Position numbers and translations under genes: made by a program. A stretch of DNA of 64,000 bases from NCBI GenBank assembly GCA_036172245.1, contig JAYWIR010000013.1:1550001-1614000 (forward strand), given 5' to 3'. This DNA comes from Raillietiella orientalis (Eukaryota). Shown here piece after piece: positions 12,901 through 26,400 of this stretch. The notes beneath the pieces were generated by a model. That model was not told the origin of the DNA and did no database searches. It saw nothing but the letters and a program-made list of their open reading frames with translations. Positions within the stretch are counted from its first letter, which is position 1. Each line of letters begins with the position of its first letter.

Positions 12901-15300
12901 TGTCTTTCAACCTTGTGTCTGCAGGAAACCTACACTGTATGGAGACCAGTTCTCCAGAAAGACATCCGTGCTCCCGTCGGGCGGCTGAAAGCATTCGGAG
13001 GATTCTCTCTCTCTCTCTCTCCGTCTTTCTTTCGTCGGGAACACTCCCCGTCCTGTACACTCGCGCTGACGCCCGCCCACTGCACGGATTCAGCCGTCGT
13101 CCTCTGCTGAAAAGCAAGGCTCTTCCTCGACCCGCTTCGATCTCAAGGGAAACCGAAGCTGCGTGGCTCACCGTAACCGTGGCTCAGTGGAAACGGAGGG
13201 AGCAGGTGCCCGTGCACGCAATGCGTTTGCCGGCTGGGGAGAACACCAGCCGCCGGCGCCGCCTCCGATGCCGAGGCACCTAGGAAGAGCGCGGAGCGGC
13301 AGGAATTCAGGCCCAGCTGCGCCAGCGCTTGTTCTATGCGCCGTTCCCTGAGGATCCCGCGTTCTTCTCGGGCGGACTGTCCGACTGGGATTTCTCCAAG
13401 GCGCAGCATCGCGCGCACGAGGTCACCGGAAAATCCTCTGGTTGCATCCCTCCCTACACCTGGCGGTCGTGAAACTCGACCTTCAGCTGCCGGTGTCGCA
13501 TCTTGGTGAGGCAAGAAGTGGCTGCAAAGGGAAGGCAAGAAAAACCGTCAAGGGGGGAAATCACCCCCACCCCACTTCTTCTCTTCTCCAGGAAACGGAA
13601 GCGGCAGCGGAAAAAAACGAATGAACGAACACATGGAAATTTTTTGCAAGAGGGAGTCATTAAGGTGCTCGGGGTGTCAGGAACTGATGACGGCTTGAAA
13701 GACCGGCTCGACGGGGCCAACGACGAAAGGCGTGGCTCGGGGGGCGGGAGCGATGGATTCGCTCACGTGAGGGGTCTGTTCTGCCCCTGCCAGCGATACC
13801 GAAAAGAGGAACGCGAGCGCGTGCCGAGGGAAAGCAGAGGTGCGCTCTCTCCAGGGGATGATGCGTTCGCCCGCGGGCGTCGCGCACTTGGGGGGTTGCG
13901 CAGACGCGTGAGCAGTGAAATGAGGTGGGGTGGAAGCGGCGACGCCGCGAGCGCGCGCTCGCGGATGACGCAGAGGCGCTTCGAGTATTCCGCCTCCTCC
14001 CGAATCTTCGGCTGCCCTGCGAGTCAGGCTCGGAGTCACGTGACTCGACAATCATTCCCTCCGACAACGACAACCCCTGCATGCGTCTTCAAACACGCCT
14101 GGAAATTTTTGCCCCATGAAAAACCGTCTCAACTTTCCAGTTCTCTCGTAAAGGAAAAGTCTTCCGTTCCCTTGGAAAAGGGAGAACGCAAACAAACATG
14201 CCGACCCGGTTTGGGCCAATCGAGTTCGGCGGTTCTCACTCGAACAAGAAACAGGAAAGTTTTGCGAATCTCCGACCCCTTGCGGACCCCTGGTCGAAGT
14301 CCAGGTCGCAAACTGCCCTGTTGGTCTGAGTCCTGCACGGAAACTTCGTCGTGATTCCCAGGGAACTTTTGCTTCGTCTCAACATCACACGCCTGTCTAA
14401 TCAGCTACACGCTAAAGATGCACTCTTCTTTGTCGGTTATCTATGTGTCACCAACCAAACAACTCACTTCCACTTCCTGAACAGACTTGGGTCTTATGTG
14501 CTTAAAAATTCTTTCCGTTACCTGAAATCTCTGTGGAGTGTTCATGGCAGCATTCAACTGAAGAGCACAAAATAATCTTACAGCAACTCCGACTGTCTTT
14601 CGTTCGTGCTAGCAATTAAACAGATAATTACCATATTACCTTAGCACGGTCGACGTACCGCAGCTGTTCCACGAGTAACCGAGAAAACCTTTTCCTGTGT
14701 TACTCATTAGAAAATATCTTCAAGAAACGGTTCCTGTAAACTTTTTCCCAATTCCTCATCCTATTTCCTCAAGCACAACACTTCCAGTTCTCAACACTTA
14801 CCAACCAAGAATTAGTTCTCAAAATTTTCCCCTACTTACATTAGAATGCCAAAGTAGGCATTATTTGGGTTATTGAAACCCTTTCCAAGCTCAAGTCTAA
14901 CGACTATCATGTATTTACTAAGAAATAAACGACCTTATCCTCGTTGACCCTCAATAACTAGAAATATCCATTTGCCAGCACATCATCACTAAACAAGACC
15001 CTACATGCAACCACCCACAAAACCAATCCCATTCACTCGTTGACATCCGAGAAATAAATATCGATTCCCATTTAACTTCACTCCGATAGAAAAGACCACA
15101 AACCTACAAGTACTCTACAAGTACCTATTCACCATCTCTTTTTCAACACAAGCCTCCAATACCGATAATCTCATACTCCCAAAAAACACAAAATCCCATA
15201 ATTATCATTGTCAGGTTCAACTTCCTGGATCAACATGATCGCGTCCACCTTGCCTAGACACATTTTCCGGTACATGCCAACATCGTGTTACGATGACTAT
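9960..15300 (-). mobile_element. Heavily decayed L1/Tx1-like non-LTR retrotransposon, possibly near full length
   Basis: Relic motifs in the expected order on the - strand. Endonuclease-like LQES...SMYRSEAAENLRK...GGRFLDLVDE at 12870-12400. RT-like KEMQATAPCP...ELPAS...SRPLV...LQTAFADG at 11700-11340. SIERGAKLPSAHP at ~11070 is the degenerate RGVRQGCPLSP position. The ends are approximate and inclusion of 14350-15300 is tentative. Confidence 0.6.
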
Positions 15301-17137
15301 AACGCGACGTATAGATTATTTTATTATTATTCACAGAGACGTATTCCATGATTATACTATTCAGCCAACCGTTCTCAAATAAGTTTGCATTTAAATCTTA
15401 TTTCAATATTAATGAACATTCGTGCATCGAAGATCAACATATCGTAGTTCACCTTATCCTGTCTTATGTTGCGTCTTCATTGGAACTTCTAATTAATTTT
15501 TATTAAGAAAATTACTTACTCTTGAAATGAACTATTCCTGAAAAATCAAAAGAAGGATATACACAAACACTAAAGTTCCTCGCAGCTTACCAATTACCAA
15601 GCAAATTCACCTAATATTTTTCCCCAGACTCAAATCATGTAAAGGTAAGTCCTCTTCCCCTTCCCTATCCCTCAGTTATCGATCGTCTATACTAAAAGCA
15701 CCTAACTCTATTTTGCAAACGTCTTATTTCTTCGCAACACAAATAAAACTTACAATTACATGGCATAATTAACGAATGGCAACACTGCCTCGACTCGTTA
15801 AATTACAACTGCCGGCGCACAGTTGCCAAACTCTCTTAAGAATTGGCTACTTAATCATTTTTATACTCAGAATCGAATTCTCTCCTAATCGGATGCCATT
15901 AAAATGTCACTTGATACGAGTCAACAGCGAATCCTATGTAAAACAAATTCTCAATAGCCTTTCCAGTAAACTGAAATCCCAAACTGAATTCGAAAACAGC
16001 CTATTTGAAACTGAAATTAAATATAATTTCCAGTGGCACATCAGCCAGGAAATCTGCGCCGTAAATGCAATCTTCAAACTGAACTGATTCTTGATTTTTT
16101 AGACAAATAAACGTGAAGTGAATGTAAATCATGAAACGCAAATTTTAAATGCAGCGACTCTTAGTGAATGAGAAAACGACTTTGCAAGCTCTTATTTTGC
16201 ATTACATAATTCTCGTTTTAAAGTATCAATATACAGACACATTGAAAAAACTAAAAATCACATCACTGACAGCAAATCATCACTACTCTTTACTTAATTT
16301 CCGATAATTACACTATGATTAATTTTGATTACTTATTACCATATTATAGGATATCACTATTATGTGCGTTTATGGTTTTTACGACTGTCTCTCTCCACGA
16401 TATGAATGTTATATGTATGAATTTGGTTTAATAGTGAGGAAGTAATATGTTTGTTTCACACAATAACCTCGAATCCATTTTTAATTATAAATTTGATTTT
16501 TATTAGTATGTGAAAATACTATAAAGTGAAGAAAAAAAAACATAAAAACAATAGCTTTGTCATTCTAAACTTATTTTATGAACCCTTTGTGTTGAAATGC
16601 AATCTTCTGGCTCCCACTCTCCGAATGGCGGCCTCCTGTTCTCCTGTCCGAGCGTCGGCGGTGTTTTCCGGGATCCTCAGCAGGAGCGGCCACCAGCTCA
16701 TGGCGGTTGGAGAAAAACGTGGCGCGGCCACGCGCATCGACGATATGCGCTCACTCTGCTCTCAAGAAAAACCTTCCAGTTCCTGGATCCTTCAATGGCC
16801 TAAAGTCCCTTATTTCTTGAATCCCTGTCCTCCCAGTGAAACCGTTCCTTTCTTCTTTTCTTTGTATTTGAAATTGTTGTCTTATTTGCGGGTTCTATAT
16901 GGTCAGAAACGGGTCATCGAGCGTTTCTCGCCTACACAACGGCCGACATTGATGAGTACGTACCAACAGGTGTTCTTCGTGAACGTTAACTTCCGAAGGT
17001 ACCTGGAATCGCGGACCTGAGCCGTGTTGTCATCGGTACTTGCCTTTTCTCCCCTCTGCTTATGGGAGCGAAGATAACGTAAATCCATCAGGTCCGTTTG
17101 AGCCATGTCGTTGTTTCCGGAGGACACGAAGTTACAG

Positions 17138-17140
17138 ACA

Positions 17141-17178
<38 letters not shown>
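17138..17178. repeat. Compound (CA)n(GA)n microsatellite
   Basis: Directly visible. Confidence 0.9.
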
Positions 17179-17400
17179 TAACGGGAGACGACACCACCCT
17201 CAGTCGGAAAGCTGGTAGACGGTGGAAGCTTTGCCAGATCAGAGGCGTGCTACCAGATTTTTATTTGTTAGGCTTTCGCACAACTGCCGGTGCGTATCTA
17301 TGGATGCGCAGCGATGCACCCCTGTAACTCTCTCGAAAAGTGCGCTCACCATCAGTGTGATCGGCAGCGGATGGGAGTACCATCCACGGAGGCGGGTGCA

Positions 17401-20400
17401 TCACTCAACCTGCTCCTTCTTCTTGAAATTCAGAGATTGGATCACTTTCTGCCAGTCGCTGCGGTTCTCTATGAGTGAAGCCATCACGTCCGTGGCGTCC
17501 GCCAGCTTGGCTTTCTCGTCTCGGTTCAGGACCGCCCTGATGACGGTTTTTTGCTTTGGGCTTAGAGTGCGCGGGTAGCTTATGCGGAACCCGATGACCA
17601 GGTCTCCGTGCGCTCCTGGTTTTTCGTAAACGGGCATGCCTTCTCCTTTGATGGTCTTGAGATATTCGTTGCTGAAGATGAGGATTTAGTGGCATAGGAT
17701 GGTCCAGTGAAGCAAAAACATCGGAAACTCATTGCGCTACGAAGATTGCGCCTCTACTGTACTCAGAGGAGGGTACGGACTCAGCAGGAAAAAAAAGACG
17801 ATCAGCTTTGGGAAGCTCGCAGTGAGGAAGGGAGGACTTCGTCCACAAAAGCCAAGGACCTATCGTGGAAGGCAGACGCAGTCGCAAGCTCCCTCCGGGC
17901 CAAGCGACGATTTCACCTCAGGATGACGGAGGAAGAAGCCGTTTGCTGTGCCGCGAATGTGGGTCTCAAAAGAATTAAGGAGGACCTCGAATTCTTGTCA
18001 AGTTCACAGAGGTCTCGGCGATTTGCAGAGATGGCAGCAGCGCCGTGGATCAAGTGGACGGAGCCGCACAGTGCGGGAGCCGTGGGAGAGATTTCCGAAA
18101 CGGATCCTCACCCTCTCCTTCGCGTCTTTACACTCGATTTTCCGAGGGGAAGCCAGCCGCGTGAGGTCAGCTTTCCGTGTACCAACTCGCATCCCAAAGG
18201 AATCCGTGAGGCACGGCAGGACAGCAAATAGAAGCAGGATAGCATAGAATGCTTTTTGACTTAGCCTTCTACAAATAGAAGGCCAAGGCAAAAAGCATTC
18301 TGTGCTACGACACGGAGGAGTCCTAGGAGCGGACGCAGCAACTTCAGGGGAGAGAAACTCGTGAGTGGCTGGGGGCACCGAGCTCCTCGAGCATATCGGT
18401 TCACTTGCCAAGAACTCTTCGGCTTGGTATTCGCGGTGAGCAGGAATAGGGACAGCGATCCTCGCGTCTTCTCAGGACTGCGAGCCTGATCCGCCCGCTG
18501 CGAAGCAGACGAGTGAGGCTGCCTGCAGCAGTCCCCCGGTCCAATGGTGTCCAATGCTAACGGGATGCTCTCTCGTTAGCATTGGACTCCGCTAGGTTTC
18601 GGGCTCTGCAACCCCTTCGCGGGTTTCACGCAGGCAGGGCGAGTCCGGCGCATGGACCCTGTTCCTCCACAAGAACAGCGACGCTGATGGTAGCGGGCAG
18701 CGGCTCATCCTCTGCCAAAACGCGACCGAAGAGGCTCCTGGACGCTCAGGGTCCCATCTCGTGTCTCCAGCGAGCACGAGGAGGTACCGCCCCTCTGCAT
18801 GTGCCGGTTCCGTGTTAGCTGGGAAACGCGCGCGCAGCGGCCCACGCTTCCTTCTGGGGGACCCGGAGGGCGGGCGGGAAGGCGCACTTCGGGAGGGAGG
18901 GACGCGTCGTTCCGCGAGCAGGAGCGCACGCATTACCTGACAACGTTGTGGATGAAGATGGGCAACTTGCGATTATCCAGAGTGGTGATAGTCAGCTTGA
19001 AGCCGGCAAGGGCGCTCGACAGGTCAATGTCGGCGGTGTATTCGAGGTTATCTCCCTTCCTGGAGAACCAAGGATGCGGTTTCTCAGCAACAATAAAAAC
19101 GAGGTCACCTAGGGAGAGCTTCCGTTGAGCATCTTGCAGATGTCAAGATGACCTTACAAGCACTGGGTTTCCTACCTTACCTCAAATTTCTCGCAGTGCT
19201 CGCAAATTTTCGAGCGCGCTCACGGACTCCCCTCTAAAAAATAGACTGTGCGGGATTTTGTCATGGTGCTGCGAAGGCAGAATCTGTCAACCATCGCGCC
19301 AGCCTTGCATTTCTTGAGTTGCGCTTCAAGCGACGTCTTCGGCTTTGGTTGGACTGGTCCAGCTTCGTCTTTTTTTTTCTTTTTTCTTCACGTGAAGGCT
19401 TTCTCTTGTCCAGAGTCGTTCCTTAGCGAAACCTCAATGCCGGACGGTAGACGAAAAAACGCCACTGGTCTGAAGGGTTGGGATTGCTTGCACCGGGTCG
19501 CGGTAGTTGATGCGCTTAAGACACGCAGACGAATCCGATGAGTCTCCAGCTATAACCTTTGTCTTCACGGAAGGATTTCCTGGAAGAACGTTCGCGCGAC
19601 AAGTCAAGATCCTGGTCCAGTCAAGTGGCCAGAAAAATCGATGATCGATGCCTTTGTTCGGAAAGAGGTTCTGAGGAGATTCCTGGTCAGGTCAACCGCG
19701 TCTCCTGAGAGCGTGGCTCCACTTCGAGCTCCGAGGATCTCAGGAGGTCAGAAAGACACTGTTTCAGCCACATGAGAGCACCTTGGCCGTCGATAGTGAC
19801 GCACTGCTCCTCCACATTCGGTCGGGACGCGGCATCCGACTGAAGTTGTGGCTTCCCTCCACATGCCGCCTCCAAGGATGAAGTGCACTGTGGTTCCTTT
19901 CTCGTGTGGTTCCTTTCTTGAAACTCCAACCGTATGTCTCTATGTACTTCACCTCAACTCCACTCCTCCTCCTCCTCCTCCGAGATGCCCGTGGTCAAAG
20001 TGTCTTCGAAAGCCGCACTTTTCCCGAGCGCTTCTACCCTGGCAGCTATGGAACTAACCGTTCCGTTCTCCTTTACGCTATATTGGGATGGCTGATGATC
20101 ACCCAAGCCTATCTTCTTCTACCCTCGGAATCTCCTCTCTGGAATGGCACTATCGTTTCGGAGTGCAAGCAAAAGAGACTCGCATTTCCTCCTGGATCGT
20201 TCCGTTTGGGGACTTTCCTCTTGCTCGAATCCCTGCCGGCGACTTTCACTCCGGGAAACTCAGGGAGGCGCTCGCATCGCGGAACTCCCTGAACTCCATG
20301 CTCTTCGGGACCCCTGCACGCATGGCACCCGCTCGGCGGCGGTGATGGAGATCCGCAGCAGATGCGTTGTTGGTAGTGTGGAGTATCCGGCCGGATACTC

Positions 20401-23400
20401 CACACTTCCTCGAACCATGCTTCGTTTTCAAAACACTCCTGCCCTTTAGCTGTTGTCTTCCCTCCTTCTCGAGGAACGAAAGTTTCTTGAAGTCCAAGAG
20501 GCGACTCGATCAGCTCCTGCCTCACGAGTCGGCTTGCGTTACCACGGTGTTTCCAATCGTCGTCCCCTAACCTGAATCCTAGGAATTCCTCATCTCCCCG
20601 AGCCCTATCGCATCGAATTCAGGTGTCCCCAGGAGAGCCGACGGCTCTGCTTGAAAGAGGAGATGAAATTTCCCGTTTTTTCGATCCCTCTACCAGGATA
20701 CAAGGATTGGTCCATGGTCCGAAAATGCGGATGGAAGAGGCTTCCTTCTCGACGAACGCACTCAGCGGAGTAGACGGTTCCTGCTGTCGAGGCTGGCTGG
20801 ATGAGGTGACCAACTCCGGAAGAGCCATCCTCGTTCGTCTTAAGGGAGAGGACGCTCTCACTGTGAAAATCAGCCAGGAGGCCGAAAGATGAAGATCCTG
20901 TTCTCTGCTGCCGGCTCTCGTATCTGTGCTTCTTTTTTTTTTCTCCCAGTTTTTTTGATCGAAACCGACGTTGCCGCCATCCTCCTCTGTTGCCAAGCTT
21001 GCAATCCGAAGCATCAGCTTCTCTTCGGAAGATGCCGCAAGTGGAAGAGGTCCATATTCCGCTTCGCCTTCTCACCTTCTGGATTCTTCCATCGTTCCAG
21101 AAGCTCGCGGATGTGAACGATGGAACAAAGGTAACCCTGTTAGAAGATTTTCCCTGGACCTCAGTCGTAGGGAGGGACTTCGTGGTCCCTTCTAATCGCA
21201 ACCTGGAATCTTGGCGCACCACATCACGAGGAATCTCTCGCTCAGCCATCTATGACTGCTATGGAAATTCAGGGAATCTGAGGGACTTCAGGCTATACCC
21301 GATACGGAGACTCCTTCCCCTTCCAGTCTTTCGCTCCCTCCTCGTTTTCCAGGAAACGAAACATCACTCCTAAGGGGAAGCCGAAAACCCCTCCACCGAA
21401 CGGGGAGTTTGTTTTTTTTCTTTCCTTTCTTCAATTTCGATGAACGACGTTCCTTTATTCAAGGAAACCTACTTCTTTTCCCATAGCTATTCACGCCTCG
21501 CTGTTTCTTTGTATTAGATGACCGTTTCTTGTTTTCATGACGACGGAAGGGAGATTGAGGTCCGAGGAAGAAAAAGGAGAGGTGGGTCACTGTAAAAGGA
21601 GACAAAATCGCATGCGCACTGAATGCACGGATCGGTGACGGAGTGACCGTCACTTCCAGTACATAATTTCTTTGGGAGCCTCCTCGGATTTGTTTCCCCT
21701 CCTCTTTTCGAACACGTTCGCGCTATAGTGATGAGGAATTCTCGCTGATCACCTGGAGTCACGTCTTCCGCTTGATCGCCTCCCTCTTTGAAAACGATTT
21801 CTGCTCCAGTCGGTATCCCAGGCTTCAGAACGCAAGTGAGGATCTTCTCTTGCCTGGAAGTGCTTTTGCCGTCTCCGTTCAGTACCTACAATTTCATGGA
21901 CGATCAAAAAAACCACCCTGTAGGCGCGAACTCGTACGTGACTAGGCTATCACAAGCAACAGCAGAAGCAGCACAGCCAGAAGCCACGGTCACCGAAGTC
22001 GGTCATGTCCCAGCGCTCCCGCTCCCGCCCTCCGGTCGCCACTGCCATCTCGTTCTTAGCTATGTCCTTGCCAGGGCCTCGCTCTGTGTAGCGTTCCCTT
22101 TGAGAGGGCAAGCGATGGCACGCAGTGCGTTGCGCGCTTTCCGGGTGCACTGCCTCCTCCTCCTTCTCCTCCTTTTTCTTCCCCGTCCCGAGGCTTCTCA
22201 GCGTTCTCGAGACAGGATAGCCACCACCGGGAGGAGTTCCTCGGCTTCCCCTTTTGCGGCTTGATTGTGTAAGTTTCCCTTGGAGCCCGCAGCTGCTATT
22301 CCTTCCTGGGATACGCTACTTTCGATGGTAGCGGGCAGAGGCGTATCCTCTGACAAAACGCGACCCAAGCGGCTCCTGGGCGCTCAGGACCCCATCTTGT
22401 GGCTCCAGCGAGCAGGAGGAGGTACCGCCTCCAGATGCAACCCACCTCTCCCACTCCAGAGTTGCTTCTGAGGTTTCTGGAGCCTGACAGTCAGGAGTAC
22501 CAAGTGGTGTTCATCGAAATTGAAGAAAAGAAAGAAAAAAAACAAATTTAAATTGTTTTTGCTGTTGTCGCAGGTGGGAAAGTTTGAAAAAGTCCTCGAG
22601 GAATTACCGTCCGGTGTACAAGGGTGTGCTGAGGACAGGACCCCGACGGTCTCGGATCTGATTATCCGTCTGCGAACGTCCTCCTTGTCCTCCTCTCATG
22701 AAGGAAGCTCTGCGAATGCAAGGGCGAGTAGCGCCACCGCTCTGCATGCCGGCCTCACCCAGAAATTCTAATCTTCGAGTCTTCACTCCGCTTCGCTCCT
22801 AAACTCCGAAAACCCGACAGATGCGTTTTCCTGGGGTTGTGGGAAGGAGCAACGCTGAGAGAGGAAGCAACCTCGTGCGGTTCTTTCGGTGCCGAGTCAC
22901 GGGCCACGAAGGGACGACGACCACGACAGGAACAGGTGCGGAATGGTTCGATACGATAGGGAGAATACGAGACCGGAAGACCGAATCCCAGGTGCACCCA
23001 CTGCAGTTTCTTCCTCTTTCGTTTTGCCTTGCACCGTGTGACCTTCTTTGCCGCCCATCCAACTCACAGAATTGGAGAAACAAGGAAAAAAAAGAGGCCA
23101 AGAAGTTTTTTTTTTTCTTCTTCTCCGAAACAGCTGGTTTGTTCTTGAGTGTCGAAGCTCTCGCTACCGTTTGTGAAGAGCATGCACATTTCTTTGGAGT
23201 GCAAGAAACAAGCGTTCGAGGGATGTTCCTATTTTGCCGAAGGAATACAAGCAGGCAACTCAGCAGCAAGGTCAGGCGCGTGCGTATGGCATCGGCATGG
23301 CGGGAGGGATTTCCTTCGCACGCAGGTATAAGAACGCGCGCACGGCTTCGATCCACAAACAATTGCACACGAAAGATGGTTACTCGGTAACAGAATCCAG

Positions 23401-26400
23401 CAGAATGTATGTCAATGCATCAGCCACATCCCACTCTATACGTGGATGTGCTCCTGGCTAAAAGGAGAAAGGAATGACTATGGCTCGCAAGTGCACAACC
23501 GCAAGATTCGCAGAGGTCCGATGGCACGCGTATCTCGAGAGCCTGGAGTGCTTCGGGAACAAACACCTGCAGGAATTCTTCTTCCAGTCCTCGAAGCGAA
23601 GGCAAAGTTGCTGCTGTTGCGCCGGTTCATGAATTAGGTCGCCTCGCAACCGGCATGGCATCTTCCTCAAGAACCGAAGGCTTCCCCAAACCCATGCCCC
23701 TTGCGTATCCTACAACCCAACCTTCTTCTGCAAAAAGAAAAGTCCTCAGGCATTTCCCCAATGTTTCACACAGGGAGGATGCACCGCCTTCCCCATCTCC
23801 CTTTCCTCCCCATGTGAAAGAGGTGCTCGAAAGATGCATCGGTCCATCACTGACGAGTTCGGTGCATACGATGGTTGTTGATTTGCGTGAGGAAGCCAGC
23901 GAGTGCTCATTAAAGAGGTTAAATGGTTCCGAAAACGTGTCGTACCTGACGAGTCACCTTAACCTTCTTCATGCACCCTCTGTAAACTTCTTCCAGGGTC
24001 AGATACAGAGTGGAACTCACGTTGGGTCCTTTGACTTTTTGCGGTCTTCCTGCATGAGATCCTGGCGGCTTGAAAGGCGACTTTACCAGGTCAGCATACG
24101 GATTGTTCGAACCGAAAAATTCACTACGAAGGAGACATCAGTGTGTGTGCAAAAAAAAGGGCACTTGAACAGCTTCACGGTTCGCTTTCGGCTTTTTTAT
24201 AGACGCATGTACCTTGAGAGTATCATCTGCATCCTTATCGACGTGAAAGCAAGCGCCGCATCATTACGCTGGTCATACACACAAAGCTTTTCTTCACGAT
24301 GCCTGCTGCTACTAACAGTGCTGTTGTTGTCTCTCTAAAGAGAAGGCACCCTGACTTTGCAAGAAAAGTACGGAACGCATCCAGTTCCCGGGCGGTGATG
24401 ACTGTACCACGGTTACTCCCTGTGAGTTTCCACGTTCCTGTGCCGGACACGCCATCGCATAAAGAAGCCTCCGCAAACCAATAGACCTAAGCTGACAAAC
24501 CTGACCGGAAATAGCAAGGTATTCTCCAAGACAAGCCGTCCCACTGAACGAGAAAGCCTAGATCCTTGTTCTGCCGTGGGAAATTTGTTACCCACAAGGA
24601 GCGTCAAAAACGGAAACTTTGGGAAGGTGGAGAGCAGAGCAAGGAGAAATCACAAGATGAAACAAAAGAACCACACCCAAATACATGAGCTTAATTTGTT
24701 TGGTGCCTTTGATTCCCTTGTACGTGGTCTTTTTTTTTTTTTTTTTTTTTTAGAGACCTTTTCGAATGTATTCCGATTCCGACCTATTCGGATAGACTTC
24801 GAATGTATTCCTCATGCGAATAACCTTTGCTTGCCTCGCAGACCGCCCAGTTCTGAGCATCTCCTTTAAGGAACAAAACACTGAAATATCCTTTTCTACG
24901 AGAGCTATTCAACGCCTCTTTCTATCTGATTTCGATACTGCTGTTTCCGTCTTACGAAATGAAAGTTTCGCTGTTATGGCTGCTGTATCCGCCGCTGAAG
25001 CGAAGTGTTTGGAATGAGAGAAGATTTCGCAGCAAACACGATCGTTTTACATCGTGGTTTCTTGTCGTTTCCCTCGAAACGTTGAACTCTCAAATGAATC
25101 TCTGCTGATAAGCCTGCGGGTTAGTTGGAATTTTCATGTTACGATGCTTTACGAAGTACTCAGAGTGACAGGTATGGAACGCAATCGCTTGTTGCTGCAT
25201 CCAAGCCGCCAATTCGACCTGAAGTCACAGCAATCGGGAGTGTCCACCTTTTATTGGTAAAAATCGTTCAAGAGATAAGAAACAAACGCACGCCCAGAAA
25301 AAATCTCTAGCATGAAACTCGCAACACAACCGATTGCGGCCACGCCCTCAAGTAATTTGTTAGTCACAGAGGCTACGCAAGGAGTCTTTGAAAGGGAAAC
25401 ATTTGCAAAAAGCACACATTAAATCTAGGTAAATGACATTACGCATAGGTCTTCTTCCAATCTTGATGATAAACGTATGGCTCGATAACGCCTTGCCTCA
25501 GGGGTATTCCTGTTTTCAATCCTTCCTCTCCATACTGGTCGTAAATCGCCCTGTACAAAGAGCTATGGAGGACGTCGTATGCCTCGGAAATCTGCAGCAG
25601 TTTGTTGATAGTAAAATCATGGTCCTTGCTGGGCTGGTTCAGGAGCTGGGTGTAAAAATGAAGAGCCAATGTCCTGTATCTGAAAGGAGTTACTTTGAAA
25701 CAGAAGTAGCATTTTTCTCTTGGGACTGGTACGGACTTCCATGATTCCGTCACCGGTTGAGAGGTACTAGAGTGCAGTAGAAGAAGCGTCTTTTTAGGGG
25801 GGGAGGGGGGGGGGAAAGTGATCTTAGTTTTCTTCAATGAATTCACAAATCTATCCAGAATTTTTCTGGCAAATAAAGTGCTCGTAAAGTGATTGTGTCG
25901 ATTGATGCTGCTAATATCAACGTAAGTGGAGTAGCATCCATCCACTACTCATCCATTGCAAATAAAGGAACTTGAGAGGAAAAAATTCTGCTTTCACAGA
26001 AACTTTGAATATCCTGGAACTGGTACTCAAAATGAATTATAATTATTTACCCATTTCTGAATTCTTTCATAAAATGTGGGGTTTATATTATAAGAGACTT
26101 ATATTGTTTTTAGCCTATCGATGGGATCTTAATGACGATAATTACAATAACATACAAAACCCCATTCATCAAAATTATTGATTTCATGGGGGAAATACGT
26201 GTCGGACAAAGGAAAGCATTTACCTGGGGATTTTTTTGGGTTTCTTAGATCACAACCTTGCTTTGAAAAGTGGGATCCGGTATACTTCCGCTGGTGTGTG
26301 TATGTGTACATACAGATAGATAGATAGATATGTGTCTGTGTGTGTGTGTCACATCTAGGCAACAGAATTGACACGCAAAGCGAATGTTTCGAAAATGCTT

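Noticed and set aside
10182..14354. Numerous long overlapping ORFs on both strands
   Set aside because: Arg/Ser/Pro-rich shadow frames of a GC-rich decayed LINE; none is a coherent protein
14400..15750. Numt as the explanation for the C>G skew
   Set aside because: No mitochondrial protein, tRNA or rRNA motif was recognised; not formally excluded without BLAST
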